Of a DNA stretch of 64,000 nt, positions 25,201 to 37,532 are shown one piece after another (the stretch's first letter is position 1; the number at the start of each line of letters is the position of its first letter). The notes under the pieces were generated by a model. It did no database searches and had not been told where the DNA came from. It saw only the letters and a list, made by a program, of their open reading frames with translations. A program made the translations under genes and the position numbers. Source of the DNA: Mobula hypostoma (Eukaryota); contig NC_086104.1 in the NCBI RefSeq assembly GCF_963921235.1, forward strand, positions 12,772,001-12,836,000. Reading direction: 5' to 3'.

Positions 25201-26643
25201 TAAAAATGAACCTGCATCACAAAAACAAACACGCAACAGAAACGGAGGCACAACACGTTCTACCTGGAAATCTACAAACTCAAAATCCCCCTGTGTCACC
25301 TAAGTCGACCCTTATATAGTCACGGGGGCACATGTCATCACGTGACCTCACATCGGCGGGAAAATCACATCAGGTGACCTCCAAAAGACCATTACAGCAT
25401 TCTCACAAAAAAAATAGATCTCCTTGAGCATGTAACACATATCATACTAGAATGTTCAAGGCATCCCGAGAAGCCTGGTACTCCTGCCTTCTGCACAGAT
25501 GTATGTATTAATCCATTCTCTATCACAAATGAAGATATTCTTTCTGCCAGAATGCCAAACATAATCTTCCCCTCTACATTCAGGAGTGAAATTGGTCGGA
25601 ACTGATTCAACGTAGAAGAATTCTCTTCCTACGGGATACATACACCTTCAGCCTCACTTCATGACAAAGGAACAACACTTTGTCTCCACACCACCATTAA
25701 CAATCTCCACAAGTATTTCCTCAGCTGTTCACACTTCTTGAACACCTTATACACACTCCATTAGGCCCTGGCACTGAGGCTGACCTTGCCTTTCTGATGA
25801 ACTGTTCAATTTCTGCTGGTTTGGGTTCTGACAGATCGAACTTCACTCCTGGCTTGATAGGCTTCACAAGCCCCGAAATGTCAAGCAAAGGAGCCTCCCG
25901 CTGTTCGTTAGAGTAAGTGCTTGCCAGGTGATCCTCAGGTTCTTGTTGAGAGATGTTAAGCTGCCCGCTCTTACTTTGTTCAAACAGTTTCTTTGTGAAC
26001 CCGTGAGGGTTCTCAAAGAATGACTTTCTTGCCTTCTCTCTCTTCTTTCTCTTTTTAAGTTGTGACTCTGCACGACGGAATGATGCTAACTTTATTCAAA
26101 AATGCTCTCAGAGATCAGCAAGCCTTGGTTTGTCATCCTCACTTGCTACCTTCCACCTCTGTCTCAATGATCTAATCTCTCTCCTCAACCTACTAATCTC
26201 CTTCTGGCGCCTGCTTGGTTGTTGTGTAGGCTTTGTTTTCTTCAACTCAACCAAACCAAACCTGTACTTTCCAACATCGTAAATCATATCACCCATCACT
26301 TCCAACTTTCTCTTTGATGTTCCCCTGAGAGTGTTCTCCAACATCATACTGATATCCTCATCAAGTACACGCCGAGCCTTCTCATCTGCCATGGCTGGCC
26401 ACTTGACCTTCCTCTTCTTCTCTACCTCCACACCACCGCCATCATGCGAAGGATCTACCTGGATACTGTGGTCTGAAACCTGACCTGGGTTATCTCTCGT
26501 CTGACCTGGAGTATGATGCCTCTCTCCAGAGCAAATCGCTGTGGCTTGTGAATCAGTGGTTGAAAAGAACACATCATCTGTGCTTGGTGAAATAATCTCA
26601 TCTTCATCCACTGGGATGGAATAGCACTTCAACTTTGCTTGGT
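22283..26643 (-). mobile_element. HERO-like (R2 superfamily) non-LTR retrotransposon with RT and restriction-like endonuclease, degenerate
   Basis: FRPISLLNVEGK, WLDLANAYGSVPH, GIPMGCAISP, MDD, CAACGEKGTLQHILSAC, WRHN, RPDIIVWS..ELTVPWE..RKLTKY; candidate TSD GAGTA at 22278-22282 and 26644-26648. Confidence 0.85.
24565..25437 (-). mobile_element. Solo LTR (Gypsy-like, 4-bp TSD) inserted in the HERO RT
   Basis: Termini TGTTAC...GTAACA; TSD CATA at 24561-24564 and 25438-25441; removal restores HSSMIWHTIQESK; minus-strand CTATATAAG at about 25311-25319. Confidence 0.88.
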
Positions 26644-27749
26644 GAGTAGACATGTAGAGGATGTTTCCTATGGTGGGGGAATCTAGGACCAGAGGGCACA
26701 GCCTCTGAATAGAGGGATGTCCTTTTAGAACAGACATGAGGAGGACTTTCTTTAGTTGGAGTGCTGAGTCTGTGGAAATCATTGCCACAGATAGCTGTGG
26801 AGGGAAAGTAAATCAGCTATGATCGAATGGTGGATCAGGTTCGATTGGCCGAATGGGTCAAATCCAGTCCAATTTCCTATGATGACTGAACCGTGTGGGA
26901 ATATAGGGGCCAAAAGTGGAGGGGGGGGGATTACAGAGACTGGGAGGGCTGCAGGGGGTAGGGTGCATTACAGATCATAGGGAGGAGTACAGAGGCAGAG
27001 TGGGTTACAGAGCCAGGGAGGGGTGTGGGCCATGGAGGGCGTTACAGATACAGCAAGGAGTGAGGGTTGCAGAAATAAGGAGGTATGTAGATGCTGCAGG
27101 GACTCACAGAGAGAGGTGTGTAGGATCTGGAGAGCAGTGGGGGGGTTATAGAGACAGGATCAGGTGTAGGGGAAGATGGAGATGTGGAGACAAGAGGGAG
27201 TGTAGTGGCCAGAGGAGGTTACAGAGAAGGGGAAGGATGTGACTGTAACCCCATACAGCTCCTACACACCTGCCAGTCAGAGAAAGATTACAGAGTCTGT
27301 GTGTTGCTCCAGATTTTGGCATCCACATCTCTCGTGTCCCACTGGAGGGATTTGGTGATGCAAGCAGTGCCTGTGGAGGCTGAGGCACACTTGACATTAC
27401 AGGGGAGAGAACCCTGTGTTGGGTTGGAGAGTGTGGGGGAGGGATGTAGTCGGTGTGGGGTGGTGAACGGGGAACAGCTGAGGAAAGAGCTGGTGGGGAA
27501 ATAGGAAGCTCGAACTGATTCTCTGTTGTGGAGTGAGAATTAGGAAGGGGGCAGGGAGAGGGGTATCTGGGATGTGGAAGTGGGGGAGGGAGGGCAGAAT
27601 GGATATCTCTCCATTTTCTGAAAATTAATGTACTGACCTATGAGATTTTTTACACACCTCCTTCACAGGAGGATCCAAATTTTTCTTTTGCAATGCTTTC
27701 ATTTTGCACTGTATTTTAGAAATGTTTCTTATTGTAACTTATAGAAATT

Positions 27750-28068
27750 TTGCAAATTTCACAACATATGTGAGTGATGATAAACCTGGTTCAGATATTG
27801 GTTTTTGTTGTGGAATGAGAGTGGGAAGGGGACAGGGAGAGGGGAGTCACGGTAGGGAGAGGGGAGAGCGGGAGGCACCAAAGACACATTCTGTAATGAT
27901 AAATAAATCAATTGACTTTGCCTGGTGTTTCAAAGCTGGGTATGTCTGCACCCCTTCTCTCCCACCTGTCCCACTACCCTCCCACGGCGCTCCAACTTCA
28001 CCATTCCTAACATCCTTCACCTCTGCCAGATTTATAACCTCGCTCTCCGCTCCATATTGACAAATATT
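27750..28068. repeat. Core of the composite MITE seen at 57944-58461, without TIRs
   Basis: gtgagtgatgataaacctggttcagatat...ctcgctctccgctccatattgacaaata is collinear with about 58045-58386. Confidence 0.7.
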
Positions 28069-29394
28069 TAAAATTCTCCATCAGTGAATAAACTTCTGTA
28101 AACCGGGCATGAGACTTCTCAGTAAAAATGATATCTCTGCCCCTGGCCTAACAGCTCAACAGAGAGGGGTGAAGCTCCCCAGTGCTCTGGGAAGAGAAGA
28201 TTCACAGGTCAAAGTATGACCTGCTGTAACGTGGAAGCAGGTTCACGGGTTTGGTGAGTGAGACAGAAAGCACTGACTGTGAACAAGTATTTTGATCATT
28301 TAAGGTGGTCTCAGCCATCGACATCAGTTCCCGGAACAGTCTGGCCTGACCATGCTGGGAAAGCCTATCATTCCAACCCTTCCTTCCTCTGTAATAGCCC
28401 TCTCACTGTGACAGCCGGCATGGGTAAGGTGCTCCTCCAGGGCACTGGGGCGATATACGTACAGCACCAAATACAGTCTCAACTGTACCGTCCCGTGGGA
28501 AGCCACGGGTAGGCCTAGGAACTGCATATCCAGTAAGTGCCATTCAGTGTCCAACAAGTGTCCACCTCCAAAACACAATAAAACATAGACACAGCCGCCC
28601 CAGGATACTGTACCTGCTCACACTTGCCATCCACCTTGTACTTTATCAGTGTTTATCATACCACCCTCACCAACATTCTGTCTGATAGGGGAAATCAGCA
28701 CCTAGCAATTAAATAAATGATACATAGGGAAATACTAGCCTTGAAAACACTTACTCCACCAGGGCTATAAGGCTCAAGTCCCTTAAGGCTATTACCATAA
28801 TATGGGTCAAGATTGGCTGGTCTACACTACTCCCTCCCAGCTTCCCCCAAAACAATGCCAAAATGCGAGAAGCTAGGTGTTTTTCCCAGCGGTCATCATC
28901 CCTGTCATCAAAAGGGATCGATATCAGTGCAAAATGTGAGTTATCCCTCAAACCGATTGCATGGGAAACAAGTAACTTACCAAAAGCACGGAACAACGTA
29001 ACAGACTAAAAACACAAGGAACAAATAAGTAACAAATTGGAAACACAAGAAACAAAGTAACAGATTAGAAGCACAAGAAATAAAAACACTGGCTTGTACT
29101 TCTCTTCTTTAAAACTCTGCATGGAACTGCAAAACTTAAAGCAAGTAGTTAATTTCTACAGGGACAAAACACACTTATCAGAAAACAAAAAACAACAACT
29201 GGGTGGTGCCCAATACATTCACACAGTCTCTTAAAAGTACAACACACTCACTTACTCACGCAAACTGATACGTATGGCCACACCTCATACCTTTCTCTGC
29301 ATTAGAATCATTCACATAATTCGCAGGGAAGTGGGATGCCGATTGAATGACCAGCCCCCGCCCCAGGAGTATGAGGTGTGAAGGCGCTAATCTC

Positions 29395-31390
29395 CAAATT
29401 TCTCTTAAACGCTGAAATCGAGTTCACATGCACCACTTGTGCTGGCAGTTCATGACCCTCTGAGTGAAGTAGTTTCCCCTCATGTTCCCCTTTAACTTTT
29501 CACCTTTCACCCTTAACTCATGACCTCTAGTTGTAGTGGGAAAAAAGCCTGATTGCATTTACCCTTATCTATACCCCTTATAATCTTGTATCTCTCTATC
29601 AAATCTCCTCTCAATTTTCTATGTTCTAAGGAATAAAGTCCTAATCTATTTAATCTTTCCATCTAACTCAGGTCATCCAAACTCAGCAGCATCCTTGTAA
29701 ACTTTCTCTGTATTCTTTCAACCTTGTTTACATCTTTCCTGTAGGTAGGTGACCAAAGCTGCACACAACATTCCAAATTACGTCTAACCAACATCTTATA
29801 CAGCTTCAACGTAACATCCCATCTCATGTACTCTGACACAAATAATTTTATCTTCTCTCTCTCAAACTTCACGTGAAATCTATCATATTATGATCACTGC
29901 CTCCTGAGATTCCCTTACCTTAAGCTCATTATACAAAACCCAATCCCGAATTGCCTTTCCCCTATGGGCTTAACTATTCTAAAAGGCCATCTTGTAGACA
30001 TTCTAAAAGTTCTCCCTCTTGGAGTCTAGCACCAACCTGATTTATCCAATCTACCTGCATATTGTAATCCCCATGACCATCATAATATTGCCCTTTTCAC
30101 ATCCCCTTTCTATCTCTCATTGTAATTTATAGATCCTGGCTACTGTTTGGAGGCCTGTATATAACTTCCATCAGAGTCTTTTTATTCTTGAAGTTTCTTA
30201 AATCTACCCACAAGGATTCAAATCACAAACAAGAGAAAATCTGCAAATGCTGGAAATCCAAGCAACATACAAAAACTGCTGGAGGGACTCAAGAGGCCAG
30301 GCCACATCTATGGAAAAGAGTACAGTCGATATTTTGCAGGAAGGGTTTTGGCCCGAAACGTTGACTGTACTCTTTTCCATGGATGCTGCCTGGCCTGCTG
30401 AGTTCCTCTTTCAATCCTATGTCACCTCTTTCCAAGGATTTGATTTATTTTTTTTTACCAACAGAGCCAGCCCACTCCCTTGACCTACCTACTTGTCCTT
30501 TTGGTACAAGGTGTATCCTTGGATGTTAAGCTCCCAGCTGTGATCTTATTTCAGCCGCGACTCAGAATGCCCACAACATCATACCTGCCAATTTTTAACT
30601 GTGCTACAAGACCATCTACCTTATTCCATGTGCAATGCGCATTCAAATATAAAACCTTCAGACCGTATTCATCACCCTTTTCAATTTTGCCCCCATGTTA
30701 CACTTCAACTCATCCCACTGACTGCAATTTTATCCTATCATCTGCCTGTCCTTCCTCAGACTCACTACACACTGCATCAACTTGCATACCATGGTTCTAT
30801 CACTCCAGTTTCCACCACCACACCCCACCAAATCCTTCCCGACAGCTTGAACAAGCATGATGTTTAACTCAAAGTCAACAATATTCTCTAATTAAAGAGA
30901 AATTATTCCTGCTTTCCCTTGTAAATTACCATATTCTGGTTGGCTGACAGGTGACCAGTGATGTTCTCCATAGGCCGGTGTTGGGACCACTTCTTTTCAC
31001 ATTATATACCACTGATTTAGATGAGAGCATCAAAGGCAAGTGCATTGTGGTAGTTCATTTCAAGAGGACGAGAATATAAAAGCAAGGATGTAATGCTGAG
31101 GTCTTATCAGGCATTGGTCAGACTGCATTTGAAGTTTTGACTCCCATAAACAGTAGAAGAGTTTATGGGAGTTTGAACAGTTTTGTCTCCCATTACCCTA
31201 AAGGATGGGCTGGCATTGGAGGGTCCAGAGGACATTTACAAGAATGAAAGGGTTAATATATGAGGAGCATTTGATGGTTCTGGGCCTTCAATAACTGGAA
31301 TTTACAAGAATGGGAGGGAGGTGCGGATCTCATTGAAAACTATTAAATATTGTAAGGCTTGGATAGAGTAGACACGTAGAGGATGTTCCT
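29395..31390. mobile_element. Mosaic of decayed CR1 fragments on both strands
   Basis: LYKMLVRRNLECCVQLWSP (minus strand), CR1 endonuclease-like pieces and plus-strand RT pieces. Confidence 0.7.
30225..30410. mobile_element. Palindromic pair of Penelope-associated short terminal repeats
   Basis: ggccaggccacatctatggaaaagagtacagtc ... gactgtactcttttccatggatgctgcctggcc is an inverted pair around a degenerate hammerhead motif. Confidence 0.65.
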
Positions 31391-31392
31391 TG

Positions 31393-31740
31393 AGCATGTC
31401 AGTGTTTGCTGATGATACAGCCATTGCTGGCAGAATCTTTGATGGAGATGAGCAGGTGTACAGAAGCCAGATGCATAAGTTACTCAAGTGGTGTGACAGC
31501 AACAACCTTGCACTCAACGTCAGTAAAAGTGAAGAGCTGATCGGGGACTTCAGAAAGGTAGGACAAGGGAACATGAATCAATCCTCATAGAGGGGTCAGA
31601 AGTGGAGAGAGTGAGAAATTTCAAGTTCCTGGACATCAAGATCCCTAAGGATCTTACCTGGTCCCAACATATTGATGCAGCTATAAAGGAAGTAAGACAA
31701 CAGCTATATTTCATTGGGAGTTTCAGGAGATCTGATTTGC
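31393..31740 (+). mobile_element. Rex1/Babar RT fragment
   Basis: FADDTAIAGRI..WCDSNNLALNVSK..DLTWSQHIDA. Confidence 0.75.
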
Positions 31741-31744
31741 CTTG

Positions 31745-34180
31745 GATCGGGTCCATGGCATTCTCAAGGGTGAAGGTGAAAACCCGAAGTCTTGGTACAT
31801 ATTGGCACCAGTGATATAGATAGACATGGTGAGGGGGTCCTGAAGAGAGATTTTAGGGAGTAGGTAGGAAAATGAGAAACAGGACCTCCAGGGTAGTAAT
31901 CTCTGGATTGCTGCCTGTGCCACGTGCCAGTGAGGGTAAGAATAGGATGATTTGGCAGGTAAATGCGTGACTGAGGAACTGGGCAGGGATCAGGGGTTCA
32001 GATTTATGGATCACTGTTCTCTTTGGGGGAAGGTATAATTTGTACAAAAGGGACAGGTTACACCTGAACCTGAGAGAATTCAATATCCTTTTGGGCAAGT
32101 TGGCTAGAATTGTTTAGGAGGGTTTAAACTAATTTGGCGGGGTTGGGAACTGGAGTGACAGTGCTGAAGCTGAGGTAGCTGGTTTACAAGCAGAGGCAAT
32201 ATATAGTGAGATGATGACAGGGCAAAATTACAGTCAACAGGATGAGTTGCAAAGTAAAACGCAGACAAAATCAAAAAGGGTGAATACAGTACTGAAGGTG
32301 TTATATTTGAATGTGTGCATAATAGGGAATAAGGTAGATGAACCTGTAGCACAGTTACAGATTGGCAGGTATGTTGTAGGCCTCACTGAATCATGACAGA
32401 AAGAAGATTGTAACTGAGAGCTTAATGTCCAAGGACAGGCAAGAAGGCAGAGGGGTCAGTGTTGCTCTGTTGGCAAAAAAAATATCAAATCATTAAAAAG
32501 AACTGACACAGGGTCAGGAGGTGTTGAACCACTTTAGACAGAGCTAAGTATTTTGCATCAGTCTTCACTGTGGAAGACACTAGCAGTATGGTGAAAGTTC
32601 CAGGTGTCAGAAGATTGTGGAGGCATTAGTAGTGATCTTTCAAGAATCACTAGATTCTGGAATGATTCCAGCAGACTGGAAAATTTCAAATGTCTCTCCC
32701 CTCTTCAAGAAGGAAGGAAGCTATCATCCAATTAGTCTGACCTCAGTGGTGGGAAGATGTTGGGGTTGATTATTAAGGATGAGGTTTCAGGGTGCTTGGC
32801 AGAACATGATAAAATAGGTTGTAGCTGGCATGGTTTCCTGAAGGGAAAGTCTTGTCTGACAAATCTGTTGGGATTCTTTGAAGAAATAACAAGCAGAATA
32901 GACAAAGGAGAATCGATTGATGTTGTGTGCTTGGATTTTCAGAAGGCCTTTGACAAGGTGCCACACATGAGGCTGCTTAACAAGCTACGAGCCCATGGTA
33001 TTACAGGGAAGATTCATGCATGGATAAAGCAGTGGCTGAATGCCAAAAGGGAAAGCATGGGGATAAAAGGAGCCTTGTCTGGCTGGCTGCTGGTGACTAG
33101 TGATGTTCCACAGGGGTCTGTGTTGGGACAGTTTCTTTTTACATTATATGTCAATGATTTGGATAATGGAATTGATGCCTTTAGTGCAAAGTTTGCAGAC
33201 AATATGAAGATAGGTGGAGGGCAGGTTGTTTTGAGGAAGTACAGAGGCTACAGAAGGACTTAGATAGGTTGAAATGGGCAAATAAGTGCAGTGTTGGGAC
33301 ATGTATGGTCATGCGTTTTAGTCAAGGAAATCAAAGGGCTGCGTCACACACAAAATGCTGCGGGAACTCAGTAGGCCAGGCAACATCTAGGAAAAGAGTA
33401 CAATCAATGTCTCGAACACCTGCATATTTTCTCTTGTAGGAAATGAAGTGGGTTGAGTATTTTCTAAGTACAAATAAACTAAAGTGCAACGGGATTTGGG
33501 AGTCCTTGTCCTGGATTCCGTAAAAGTTAACTTGCAGTTTGAGTCTGTGGTGTGTCAGAAGGCAAATGTGATACTAGCATTCATTTGAAAAGGACCAGAA
33601 TATAAAAGCAAGGATGTAACGTTGAGGCTTTATAAAACGGTGGTCAGGCCTCACTTGGAGAATTGTGAGCAGTTTTGGGCCCCTTATTTTAGAAAGGGTG
33701 TGCTGAAACTGGAGGGAGTTCAAAGGGTTTCACAAAAATGATTCCAGGATTGAACAGTATGTCACATGAAGAATATTTGTTGGCTCTGAGTCTATATTCA
33801 CTGGAATTCAGAAGAATGGGGGGTGACCTCATTGAAACCTATTGAATGGTGAAAGGCCTTGATAAGAGTGGATGTGGAGAGGATGTTTCCTCTGGTGGGG
33901 GAGCCTAAGTCTAGAGGACACAGCCTCAGAATAGAGGGGTGTCCTTTTACAATGGAGATGAGGAGGAATTTCTTTAGCCAGAGAGTGGTGAATCTATATA
34001 TTTAAGGCAGAGGGGGATAGATTTTTGATTGAGGGAGGTAGATTCTTGATTGAAGGGATACAGAGAGAAGGTAGGAGACTGGGGCTGAGAGGAAAATTGG
34101 ATCAGCCATGATGAAATGGCAGAGGAGACTGGATCGGCAAAATGGCCTGACTCTCCTCCTATATCGTATTGGTCTTATGT
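31745..34180 (+). mobile_element. Decayed CR1 with ORF1 esterase remnant, endonuclease start, RT and 3' UTR
   Basis: SGLLPVPRASEG..LYKRDRLHLN (CR1 ORF1), [33 protein letters not shown]. Confidence 0.8.
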
Positions 34181-34322
34181 TTTCAACAGTGGGAGAGCCA
34201 AGGTCCACAGGGCACAGTCTCTGAACGGAAGGATATCCCTTTACAACAGAGTGAGGAGGAACTTCTTCAGCCAATGCGTGATGAATCATGCCCCAAATGG
34301 CAGTGGAGGCCAAGTCATTTTT

Positions 34323-34357
34323 AGTCCTGATGAAGGGTCTCTGCCGAAACGTCGACT
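34323..34357 (+). ncRNA. Minimal type I hammerhead ribozyme motif in a Penelope-associated repeat
   Basis: AGTC-CTGATGA-AGGGTCTCTGCC-GAAAC-GTC-GACT: stem I AGUC/GACU, both core boxes, GUC triplet and a palindromic ACGU helix III. Confidence 0.7.
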
Positions 34358-35469
34358 GTACTTCTTCCTAGAGATGCTGCCTGGCCTGCTGCGTTCACCA
34401 GCAACTTTGATGTATGTTGCCTGGGTATATTTAAAGTGGAGTTTGAAAGAACGACACACACAAAATGCTGGAGGAACTCAGCAGGCCAGGCAGATCTTTG
34501 ATAAAGAGTAAACAGTCGATGCTTCGCGCCAAAACCCTTCATCCTCCTCTTACTCCTCGAACAGGACCCCACCAAGGAGCACCAGGCCATTGTCTCCCGC
34601 ACCACCTAACCGATGCCCCATTCGCAGAACAACACAGTTATTCAATAGAAGTGTATTGCGCAGAGCTCAGAAGCAAATTAAAACAAAACGGGAAATGCGA
34701 GGCCCCTGCTAGTGACACAGTGCTCCGGCCAGGGAAACACCCAGTTCTGAAGCTCTGCCCGAGGAAGTAGCGCACACGAAACGCTGGAGGAACAGGTGGC
34801 CAGGCAGCATCTATGGAAAAGAGTTGACAGTTGACGTTTGAGTTCCTCCAGCATTTTGTGAGTGCTGCTCGGATTTCTAGCATTTGCCGATTTACTCTAG
34901 TTTGTGCAAAGGCTGTACTGTTTGCTTTATTTAAAATATTTGTCTAAACCCTGACGGCGCTTTTCACTCTGAATTCTGAAATGAGGAGATTCTCGTAAAT
35001 CTACAGCAGAAAACTTTGTCTTTGTCTACAGTTTCTTTATTACAGATGGTGACTTCTGTAATCTTAATCAGCATCATGGGCGGCGCAGATAACGTGTGCC
35101 AAGGGTCAGCTACAATTCAAAGTAAATTAGTAAGATTAAAGTTGGCCCCAACCCCCTCTCCGGGGCCTGACAGCAGTGGGACTGGCAATCACCCACGCCG
35201 CTATCTCGTACGGATGATGCTAAATCTTACCCTCATACTTCTTCTGGTACGGGCGATGAACGGATATGAAGCCGATTGCAGCGCTGAACTCCTGTAAACG
35301 ACGCGGCCGTTCAATTTCAATAATCAGTGGAGGCCTAGCTCCATCATTGCGGACTGCATCCCGACTGTTCACCCTTTGAGCTTCGCAACAGCAAGGAACA
35401 TGAATGAACCCTGCAACAATAATCAAATCTGAATTTGAGCCCCGTCCCCCGCGCTCACGGGAACTATAG

Positions 35470-35515
35470 ACAGCCCTTTCACAGACACTGTGAGTGGCTC
35501 TTAAAAGAGCCTTTG
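35470..35515 (-). terminator. Histone stem-loop and HDE (H2A copy 2)
   Basis: Hairpin at 35496-35511; HDE GAAAGGGCTGT at 35470-35480. Confidence 0.95.
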
Positions 35516-35541
35516 GGTCACCGGGTTCAGAATCTGTCGCT

Positions 35542-35931
<390 letters not shown>

Positions 35932-35974
35932 TCAACAACTGATTTCACCAAGAATGACGAAATAGTCCAGTCCT

Positions 35975-36170
35975 CGCTCTATTTGTAGCTTTGGGGGGAA
36001 TGCAGTCGGACATTTATGATTGGTGCTCAACGCTTAAACTCAATGTTGACTGGATATAATCCAATCAGGCAGCTGTCTTATTCACCAACCAAGAAACAGC
36101 AACAACTGAAGAGCGGAAACCAACCGCTAATTTCCGAAAAAAACTGAAATTTCAAAAAGCCCGCCAAAAA
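35975..36170 (-). promoter_or_regulatory. H2A promoter (copy 2) with CCAAT boxes and a CDE/CHR-like motif
   Basis: ATTGG at about 36019, CCAATC at 36061, and minus-strand TTTTGGCGG-GCTT-TTTGAA at 36151-36169. Confidence 0.7.
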
Positions 36171-36939
36171 ATGTTCAAGCATAATCTAAAAGGAATTATT
36201 TCAAATCTGTTTCCATTTGGTCTCCTCATTCACCCCATTACTGAAGTCCGACACATTTAATATAGGAGTAGTTAATATTGAAACAGCGTCTCGGAAGTTA
36301 ATTCGCCGAACTCTTTCAAGTGATAAGCGCTCAGAACAAAACAAATCGCTTCTGTTCGCTATTCATCAGATCGCTCTCTCAGACTGAGACTAGTTTAGCC
36401 TGTAGTTTTAACAAATGATTGCACAGATAAAATGAAAATATTCATTTCCATAGACCCGATGAATTCCTCCAGGATTATGTGTTGCTCTGGATTTCTGCAA
36501 AGTATTTTGTGTGTCTGTGAAAGAACCGTGAATTAGTTCAGGTCTGGCATTAAAATGGATTCAGTAAATTGCCAAAAAGGGGCAGTCATTAATAAACTAC
36601 ATTCCCCACAGCAATGAAAGCTACTGTGACACTATAACTTCCTTTGGGATCAATAATGTATCTATCTGTCTCTATCTAGAAACAGCTAATCTTCACGTAG
36701 ATACAATTTGTAATAACCTGGACAGTGACACCGTGGAGGAAAGTGATATTTCCGTGCGCGGTAAGAATGTAACAAACACCTCGAGATTACAGTATACTGA
36801 GCTGGTTTACCGACTAATATGGATGCAATTTGAATTAGCTCATGGAGAAGAAATTACCAGATTTACTTCAATTCAATGCCTTTGGGTCACTGGTTAATGT
36901 TAAATATTACGTATTAACTGATTTAGTGAATCTGTGCGT

Positions 36940-37037
36940 GGCTCTTAAAAGAGCCGTTGGGTTTCCGGTGTGTTTAATCAGCACTCTTCACTTGGAGCTG
37001 GTGTACTTGGTTACCGTCCTTTGTCCCTTCCGACACG
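36940..37037 (-). pseudogene. H2B: H2B 3'-end remnant (last 16 or so codons, frameshifted) with an intact stem-loop
   Basis: 36988-37037 matches [15 protein letters not shown] with one extra base; hairpin at 36940-36955; HDE mutated. Confidence 0.9.
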
Positions 37038-37459
37038 AATTACAGTACAGTATTCAATTCCATAGAAGCTGCCTCCAGCGCATTGTGTGCTGTTCTGCAT
37101 TTCCAGCATCGGCAGAATATCTTGTATATCTGTGAAATAACCGTGAACAAGTTCACGTCAGGCACTGAAATGGGATTCAATTAAATTGCCAAAATGAGAC
37201 AGAAATTAATAAACCACATTCCCCACCGCCATTAAGTCAGAAACAGCAATTATCCGCTTCAAAAATACGATTTTTAATAACCGGGAGAGAGACGCAGAGG
37301 AGGAGGTGATGTTCCCGTGTGTATAGTAGAAACAAAGACCTCGGGGTTATACCGAACATGAATAAAACTTGAATTAGCTCATATAAAAAGGAAAGGAATT
37401 TCCATATTTACTTCAATTCAATGGCTTTGGGTCACTGGTTAATGTTAAATATTACGTAT

Positions 37460-37505
37460 TAACTCTTTCAGTGAATCTGTGAGTGGCTCTTAAAAGAGCC
37501 GTTGG
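37460..37505 (-). terminator. Histone stem-loop and HDE (H2B copy 2)
   Basis: Hairpin at 37485-37500; HDE GAAAGAGTTA at 37460-37469. Confidence 0.95.
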
Positions 37506-37532
37506 GTTTCCGCTGTGTTTTCTGGGCACTCT

